Shown here: piece after piece, positions 34,346 through 39,578 of the stretch | Position numbering within the stretch: the first letter of the stretch is position 1 | Layout: every line of letters starts with the position of its first letter | Sequence record: NC_019715.1 | Direction: 5' to 3' (one strand) | Source: Escherichia phage mEp234 | Length of the DNA: 39,578 bases | Program-made: the position numbers and the translations under genes | The notes under the pieces: model-generated | The model's database searches: none | Seen by the model: only the letters and a program-made list of their open reading frames with translations | What the model was told of the DNA's origin: nothing

Positions 34346-34988
34346 TGGCAGCAAATACCGAAATATTTGGGTAGTTGGCGATCTGCACGGATGCTACACG
34401 AACCTGATGAAAAAACTGGAGACGATAGGATTCGACACCAAAAAAGACCTGCTTATCTCGGTTGGCGATTTGGTCGATCGCGGTACAGAGAACGTCGAAT
34501 GCCTGGAATTAATCACATTCCCCTGGTTCAGAGCTGTACGTGGAAACCATGAGCAAATGATGATTGATGGCTTATCAGAGCGCGGAAACGTCAATCACTG
34601 GATGCTTAATGGCGGTGGCTGGTTCTTTAATCTCGATTACGACAAAGAAATTCTGGCTAAAGCTCTTGCCCATAAAGCAGATGAACTTCCGTTAATCATC
34701 GAACTGGTGAGCAAAGATAAAAAATATGTCATCTGCCACGCCGATTATCCTTGTGACGAATACGAGTTTGGAAAGCCAGTTGATCATCAGCAGGTAATCT
34801 GGAACCGCGAACGAATCAGCAACTCACAAAACGGGATCGTGAAAGAAATCAAAGGCGCGGACACGTTCATCTTTGGTCATACGCCAGCAGTGAAACCACT
34901 CAAGTTTGCCAACCAAATGTATATCGATACCGGCGCAGTGTTCTGCGGAAACCTAACATTGATTCAGGTACAGGGAGAAGGCGCATGA
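34323..34988 (+). CDS. ninI: NinI serine/threonine protein phosphatase
   Basis: 221 aa from ATG 34323 ([25 protein letters not shown]...GNHE), metallophosphatase motifs; matches lambda PPase as recalled. Confidence 0.9.
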   Translation: MRYYEKIDGSKYRNIWVVGDLHGCYTNLMKKLETIGFDTKKDLLISVGDLVDRGTENVECLELITFPWFRAVRGNHEQMMIDGLSERGNVNHWMLNGGGWFFNLDYDKEILAKALAHKADELPLIIELVSKDKKYVICHADYPCDEYEFGKPVDHQQVIWNRERISNSQNGIVKEIKGADTFIFGHTPAVKPLKFANQMYIDTGAVFCGNLTLIQVQGEGA

Positions 34989-35608
34989 GACTCGAAAGCG
35001 TAGCTAAATTTCATTCGCCAAAAAGCCCGATGATGAGCGACTCACCACGGGCCACGGCTTCTGACTCTCTTTCCGGTACTGATGTGATGGCTGCTATGGG
35101 GATGGCGCAATCACAAGCCGGATTCGGTATGGCTGCATTCTTCGGTAAGCACGAACTCAGCCAGAACGACAAACAAAAGGCTATCAACTATCTGATGCAA
35201 TTTGCACACAAGGTATCGGGGAAATACCGTGGTGTGGCAAAGCTTGAAGGAAATACTAAGGCAAAGGTACTGCAAGTGCTCGCAACATTCGCTTATGCGG
35301 ATTATTGCCGTAGTGCCGCGACGCCGGGGGCAAGATGCAGAGATTGCCATGGTACAGGCCGCGCGGTTGATATAGCAAAAACAGAGCAGTGGGGGAGAGT
35401 TGTTGAGAAAGAGTGCGGAAGATGCAAAGGTGTCGGCTATTCAAGGATGCCAGCAAGCGCCGCATATCGCGCTGTAACGATGCTAATCCCAAACCTTACT
35501 CAACCCACCTGGTCACGCACTGTTAAGCCGCTGTATGACGCTCTGGTGGTGCAATGCCACAAGGAAGAGTCAATCGCAGACAATATCTTGAATGCGGTCA
35601 CACGTTAG
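34985..35608 (+). CDS. Q: Q late-gene antiterminator
   Basis: 207 aa, zinc-binding CRDCHGTG...CGRCKG; matches lambda Q as recalled; followed by a PR'-like promoter. Confidence 0.9.
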   Translation: MRLESVAKFHSPKSPMMSDSPRATASDSLSGTDVMAAMGMAQSQAGFGMAAFFGKHELSQNDKQKAINYLMQFAHKVSGKYRGVAKLEGNTKAKVLQVLATFAYADYCRSAATPGARCRDCHGTGRAVDIAKTEQWGRVVEKECGRCKGVGYSRMPASAAYRAVTMLIPNLTQPTWSRTVKPLYDALVVQCHKEESIADNILNAVTR

Positions 35609-35650
35609 CAGCATGATTGCCACGGATGGCAACATATTAACGGCATGATA

Positions 35651-35679
35651 TTGACTTTTTGAATAAAGTTGGGTAAATT
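35651..35679 (+). promoter_or_regulatory. late promoter PR' (qut region follows)
   Basis: -35 TTGACT (35651-35656), 17-bp spacer, -10 TAAATT (35674-35679), ~45 nt downstream of Q; matches lambda PR' as recalled. Confidence 0.7.
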
Positions 35680-35717
35680 TGACATCAACGATGGATAAAT
35701 TCACTCGTTAAATAAAG

Positions 35718-35746
35718 CCCTGAGTTAATATCTCGGGGTTTTTTGC
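35718..35746 (+). terminator. terminator close to PR' (tR'-like)
   Basis: CCCTGAG-ttaatat-CTCGGGG (one G:U) followed by TTTTTT, about 55 nt after the predicted PR' start. Confidence 0.55.
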
Positions 35747-35887
35747 GTTTTAAGCACGGCCTTTCTGAAAGCACATCAAACCAAATACCAGACAGACAAA
35801 AATAATCAACTTATCCGCTGTGGCTACGGTGCGGTGTGCTTTGCATAAAAGAAAACCAGCGCAATGGCTGGCTTCGTGAAAGCGGGT

Positions 35888-35922
35888 GGCATGAGGTTGC
35901 CCTAACAACCTCCTGCCGTTTT
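35888..35922 (+). terminator. long imperfect stem-loop plus UUUU upstream of S
   Basis: GGCATGAGGTTG-ccctaa-CAACCTCCTGCC (11 of 12 bp) then GTTTTG; 121 nt upstream of the S start. Confidence 0.4.
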
Positions 35923-36042
35923 GCCCGTGCATATCGGTCACGAACAAATCTGATTACTAAACACAGTAGCCTGGATTTGTTCTATCAGTAATCGACCTTA
36001 TTCCTAATTAAATAGAGCAAATCCCCTTATTGGGGGTAAGAC

Positions 36043-36366
36043 ATGAAGATGCCAGAAAAAAATGACCTGTTAGCCGCCATTCTCGCGGCAAAGGAACAAG
36101 GCATCGGGGCAATCCTTGCGTTTGCAATGGCGTACCTTCGCGGCAGATATAATGGCGGTGCGTTTACAAAAACAGTAATCGACGCAACGATGTGCGCCAT
36201 TATCGCCTGGTTCATTCGTGACCTTCTCGGCTTCGCCGGACTAAGTAGCAATCTCGCTTATATAACGAGCGTGTTTATCGGCTACATCGGTACTGACTCG
36301 ATTGGTTCGCTTATCAAACGCTTCGCTGCTAAAAAAGCCGGAGTAGAAGATGGTGGGAATCAATAA
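36043..36366 (+). CDS. S: holin S (class I, dual start)
   Basis: 107 aa [20 protein letters not shown]... with Met1-Lys2-Met3 dual start; matches lambda S as recalled. Confidence 0.95.
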   Translation: MKMPEKNDLLAAILAAKEQGIGAILAFAMAYLRGRYNGGAFTKTVIDATMCAIIAWFIRDLLGFAGLSSNLAYITSVFIGYIGTDSIGSLIKRFAAKKAGVEDGGNQ

Positions 36367-36826
36367 TCAACGTAAGGCGTTCCTCGATATGCTGGCATGG
36401 TCAGAAGGAACGGATAACGGACGGCAGAAAACCAGAAATCATGGTTATGACGTCATTGTAGGCGGAGAGCTATTTACTGATTACTCCGATCACCCTCGCA
36501 AGCTTGTCACGCTAAACCCCAAACTCAAATCAACAGCAGCCGGACGTTATCAGCTTCTTTCACGCTGGTGGGATGCTTACCGTAAGCAGCTTGGCCTGAA
36601 AGACTTCTCCCCCAAAAGCCAGGACGCAGTGGCATTGCAGCAGATTAAAGAACGTGGCGCTTTACCGATGATTGATCGCGGTGATATCCGTCAGGCAATC
36701 GACCGTTGCAGCAATATCTGGGCTTCACTGCCGGGGGCTGGTTATGGTCAGTTCGAGCATAAGGCTGATAACCTGATTGCAAAATTCAAAGAAGCTGGCG
36801 GAATGGTCAGAGAGATTGAGGTATGA
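36350..36826 (+). CDS. R: endolysin R (lytic transglycosylase)
   Basis: 158 aa [35 protein letters not shown]..., matching lambda R as recalled. Confidence 0.95.
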   Translation: MVGINNQRKAFLDMLAWSEGTDNGRQKTRNHGYDVIVGGELFTDYSDHPRKLVTLNPKLKSTAAGRYQLLSRWWDAYRKQLGLKDFSPKSQDAVALQQIKERGALPMIDRGDIRQAIDRCSNIWASLPGAGYGQFEHKADNLIAKFKEAGGMVREIEV

Positions 36827-37260
36827 GCAGAGTAACCGCGATTATCTCCGCTCTGGTTATCTGCATCATCGTCTGCCTGTCATGGGCGGTTAATCATTAC
36901 CGTGATAACGCCATTACCTACAAAGAGCAGCGCGATAAGGCCACATCCACAATCGCTGACATGCAGAAGCGTCAACATGATGTAGCAGAACTCGACGCCA
37001 GATACACAAAGGAGCTTGCTGATGCTAACGCGACTATCGAAAGTCTCCGTGCTGATGTTTCTGCTGGGCGTAAGCGCCTGCAAGTCGCCGCCACCTGTGC
37101 AAAGTCAACGACCGGAGCCAGCAGCATGGGCGATGGAGAAAGCCCAGGACTTACAGCAGATGCTGAACTCAATTATTACCGTCTCCGAAGTGGAATCGAC
37201 AAGATAACCGCGCAGGTTAACTACCTGCAGGAATACATCAGGACGCAATGCCTGAAATAA
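36823..37260 (+). CDS. Rz: i-spanin Rz
   Basis: 145 aa, N-terminal TM helix [23 protein letters not shown] then coiled coil; lambda Rz-like with a divergent C-terminal half. Confidence 0.9.
   Translation: MSRVTAIISALVICIIVCLSWAVNHYRDNAITYKEQRDKATSTIADMQKRQHDVAELDARYTKELADANATIESLRADVSAGRKRLQVAATCAKSTTGASSMGDGESPGLTADAELNYYRLRSGIDKITAQVNYLQEYIRTQCLK
37022..37207 (+). CDS. Rz1: o-spanin Rz1 (embedded in Rz, +1 frame)
   Basis: 61 aa from ATG 37022 (SD GGAG); lipoprotein signal with lipobox VSAC and proline-rich mature part; wholly inside Rz. Confidence 0.8.
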   Translation: MLTRLSKVSVLMFLLGVSACKSPPPVQSQRPEPAAWAMEKAQDLQQMLNSIITVSEVESTR

Positions 37261-37291
37261 TTTTTTTGCAAATCACAAAGTCAATTTAATG

Positions 37292-37316
37292 AGCCTCGCG
37301 ATGCGGGGCTTTTTTA
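37292..37316 (+). terminator. Rho-independent terminator after Rz
   Basis: AGCCTCGC-GAT-GCGGGGCT (one G:U) followed by TTTTT. Confidence 0.55.
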
Positions 37317-37466
37317 CATCTGCAGTAAACCGCGCATTCTCGTGCGCATATCAACCAAGAGCTTTTCGGGATATGAGACAGAGACAGGACGGTGGCTTAC
37401 ATCGTGCCGCTCTTGGGCTGTCCATGTCTGCGAGAACTGGCTCATATCACCAAAAAGGTAAATACG

Positions 37467-38195
37467 ATGTCCAATATCATCCCGATTGATTTCGAAGGCC
37501 ATCCCATGCGTTTTTCTGACGATGGCTGGTTTGACGCGACTGCGGCAGCTGACAAGTTCAACAAGGAGCCGGCTCAGTGGCTTAGGCTTCCTGAGACTGT
37601 CCGTTACATCGAGGCGTTAAAGAGTAGATATGGGAATATCACATATGTAAAAACCAGCCGCGCTCGCAAAGACCGTGGCGGCGGAACATGGCTTCACCCA
37701 AAACTGGCGGTCAGATTTGCTCGATGGCTTTCTGTAGATTTTGAGATCTGGTGTGATGAGCAAATTGACGCAATCATTCAGGGTTCCGTTCATCATATCG
37801 ACGATGAAAGAATAAAGGCTATTTTCCTTCTGGATAAATCTCAGCCATGGGAAAAGAGGTTTAGCGATCCGTTTTATTCTGCGATGTTCAAAATGTCAGG
37901 GCTGCCCCGCCATCGACCAGGTCGTCGCCCAGCACTATTTGGGATGATCAGTGCCAAGTGGGTATATGGCCCGGTATTACCACCAGAAGTATATGCAGAG
38001 GTTAAAAGACGGCTGGCTGCGGGAGACAAAATCCATCAGCACCTTAAACCTGACGCGCTGACATTGGTTGAGCGACAGATCATTGCCGTTACCAGCATTG
38101 CCAATGGGTGCTCTGATTATCGTGATTTCGAAGCGCGTTGCATGTCGGCATTCCAGGTGAAAGGGCAGATGAAATTGCTCTATGCGGCGGCCTGA
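37467..38195 (+). CDS. KilA-N domain protein with uncharacterised C-terminal domain
   Basis: 242 aa from ATG 37467 (SD AAGGT); N-terminal ~100 aa fit KilA-N (IPIDFEGHPMRF...TWLHPKLAVRFARWLSVDFEIW); C-terminal ~140 aa unknown. Confidence 0.65.
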   Translation: MSNIIPIDFEGHPMRFSDDGWFDATAAADKFNKEPAQWLRLPETVRYIEALKSRYGNITYVKTSRARKDRGGGTWLHPKLAVRFARWLSVDFEIWCDEQIDAIIQGSVHHIDDERIKAIFLLDKSQPWEKRFSDPFYSAMFKMSGLPRHRPGRRPALFGMISAKWVYGPVLPPEVYAEVKRRLAAGDKIHQHLKPDALTLVERQIIAVTSIANGCSDYRDFEARCMSAFQVKGQMKLLYAAA

Positions 38196-38197
38196 TC

Positions 38198-38455
38198 ATG
38201 AGCACCCGAATAATAGAATGCGCCTCCAGAGCGGGGCGCGACTTCTCAGAGTTCATGAAAGGCGAGAAGGGCATGATGGAAGCATTGGCCTCGGTGGATG
38301 AGTTTGGCGAGCAGCTGCGCCTCAACGGCTGTGTCAATCATCACTTTGTTAGCTACATGATGCGGAACTCGATCATGCAGGCATTCATGGACATGGCAAA
38401 AGCCGAGAGGAAAGAAGAGCGCCGGCGTAAGCGAGCGGAAGCAAAAGCGAAGTAG
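38198..38455 (+). CDS. hypothetical protein coupled to KilA-N gene
   Basis: 85 aa; ATG 38198 is 2 nt after the KilA-N stop; basic K/R/E C-terminal tail. Confidence 0.45.
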   Translation: MSTRIIECASRAGRDFSEFMKGEKGMMEALASVDEFGEQLRLNGCVNHHFVSYMMRNSIMQAFMDMAKAERKEERRRKRAEAKAK

Positions 38456-38749
38456 CCATTACAAAGCCCAACTACTGGTGGGCTTGATAATGAAACCGGA
38501 ATTTATTCTGGGCAACCAGTTACGGCAGTACAGCGAAACAACCCAAGCCAGTAAGTGGGGAAATAACACTGGCAGCCACTGAAAGATGAACCTCCTGCCT
38601 TATGGCAAAAAAGATTCTTTGTGGTGGCGGACTGATGGAAAGACATCGGTTATTGCAGAGACCATTCAATGAGTGGTCTCGACAATAGCTTATACCCTAC
38701 ACGGGATAACTTAACTGATATCCCTTTTAACGGATAAACGGAGCCAACA

Positions 38750-38887
38750 ATGGCAGAGATTATTCTCATGACTGAAGAACAGAAATTCCAGTTAGAGATT
38801 TACAAACTGGTCATGAACCAGAACGCCGCCGTGCATGGAGACTGGCATGAACAAAGAGCCCCGCGTATATGGCAGCCGATGGGATAA
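38750..38887 (+). CDS. 45-aa ORF upstream of and overlapping HNH (uncertain)
   Basis: MAEIILMTEEQKFQLEIYKLVMNQNAAVHGDWHEQRAPRIWQPMG; SD GGAG 6 nt upstream; translated by hand. Confidence 0.25.
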   Translation: MAEIILMTEEQKFQLEIYKLVMNQNAAVHGDWHEQRAPRIWQPMG

Positions 38888-39188
38888 GGCCCGTCTGCGT
38901 TTTCTCCAGCAGCACCCACTGTGTGTGATGTGCGAGCAGCAGGGGCGCATAACACCAGCAACGGTGGTCGACCATATCGTGCCCCACAAACTGAAAGATG
39001 CGCTTAAGTCAGGTAACCCTCTGGCCATATCGAAAGCACAGCTCCTGTTCTGGAGTAAAGAGAACTGGCAGCCACTGTGCAAAGCGCATCATGACTCAAC
39101 GAAACAGAGAATGGAGAAGAGCGGCGCGGTAATCGGTTGTGATGCCAACGGCTACCCGCTCGATCCTGCGTCTCACTGGAGCACGTAA
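38835..39188 (+). CDS. HNH endonuclease (terminase-associated, HK97 gp74-like)
   Basis: HNH signature (C..C...VDHIVPH...N...LCKAHH); position just before cos and the terminase genes; likely start ATG 38847 (SD GGAG). Confidence 0.85.
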   Translation: METGMNKEPRVYGSRWDKARLRFLQQHPLCVMCEQQGRITPATVVDHIVPHKLKDALKSGNPLAISKAQLLFWSKENWQPLCKAHHDSTKQRMEKSGAVIGCDANGYPLDPASHWST

Positions 39189-39391
39189 TGAAAGACCTCA
39201 TCATTGAATACCGAGACGGTAAGTTTGTTCAGCTGGCGATTGATGGCGTGGAGATGAAGCGCGTAACGTCTATCCAGTTCTCCCACACCTTAGGCGAGGA
39301 CGTACCGACATTGACCGTGTCAGGACATGTGTGGTCCGAGTATGGGAAAGGCGATCACAAACTCGAACAGGTAGACAAACATTCGGCATAG
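39188..39391 (+). CDS. hypothetical small protein
   Basis: 67 aa, ATG overlaps the HNH stop (TAATG). Confidence 0.45.
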   Translation: MKDLIIEYRDGKFVQLAIDGVEMKRVTSIQFSHTLGEDVPTLTVSGHVWSEYGKGDHKLEQVDKHSA

Positions 39392-39578
39392 CGCGGCGGC
39401 GGCAAGTAGATTATCTATCATGTGAAATCATTTCAAATGCAACGATATCAAATGAGAATGAATCGCATTCAGGGCAGGGGGGGGGGGATCAAATCTTCAA
39501 AACCTTTGCCCCAAATGACCGCCGCCAAAGTTTGAATTTAACGCTAACCCGATTTTTTTAGTTTTAAGGTGTTGACAT
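39392..39578. other. candidate cos / packaging region
   Basis: GC-rich CGCGGCGGCGGC (39392-39403), an 11-G run (39477-39487) and inverted CCGCCGCC (39509-39516) lie between the last late gene and the terminase SD. Confidence 0.4.

Noticed and set aside
35750-35947. 65-aa minus-strand ORF in the Q-S interval
   Set aside because: It sits in a regulatory region with terminator hairpins on the late strand, has no SD and runs antisense to late transcription.
38464-38485. Hairpin AAGCCCA-N8-TGGGCTT after the 85-aa gene as a terminator
   Set aside because: It is not followed by a U-tract, so it is not called an intrinsic terminator.

Overview
The window reads as a complete, linearised temperate lambdoid siphophage genome of about 39.6 kb, in virion gene order rather than integrated-prophage order. 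All calls rest on reading the supplied ORF track and sequence plus recalled protein families; no database search was run. Order, left to right: terminase small and large subunits, portal, prohead protease and major capsid protein of HK97 type (1-5133); head-tail joining genes; lambda-type tail (major tail protein with Ig-like C-terminus, G/GT chaperone, tape measure, M, L, K, I, J); two post-J unknown genes, a lipoprotein and a side tail fibre; an 0.8-kb non-coding region with integrase arm-type repeats (candidate attP); P4-family integrase (+) convergent with an AlpA/Xis-like gene (-); a leftward early operon (N-like antiterminator with P22-type boxB, an 83-aa unknown, a DUF1351-like protein with a long E/A/K/R tract, cIII, kil-like, Erf and small unknowns); a lambda immunity region (OL/PL, cI, OR/PR/PRM, cro, essentially lambda sequence); P22-type nutR, cII-like, O-type initiator with internal iterons, DnaB-like helicase; lambda nin genes (ninB, D, F, G, H, I), Q, PR', S/R/Rz/Rz1; a KilA-N gene, an HNH endonuclease and a GC-rich candidate cos region. 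The Shine-Dalgarno for the first gene sits at the last bases of the window, which supports circular permutation. The most interesting accessory locus is the slot between cI and PL, where lambda carries rexAB: here it holds a 32-aa membrane peptide ORF, a hicA/hicB toxin-antitoxin pair and a translationally coupled acidic gene of unknown function, closed by its own terminator. Other accessory features are two paralogous HK97 gp15/YebO-like membrane proteins at two different tail-operon junctions, a repeated stem-loop/U-tract/ATGGG cassette before four late genes, and a KilA-N cassette between the lysis genes and HNH.
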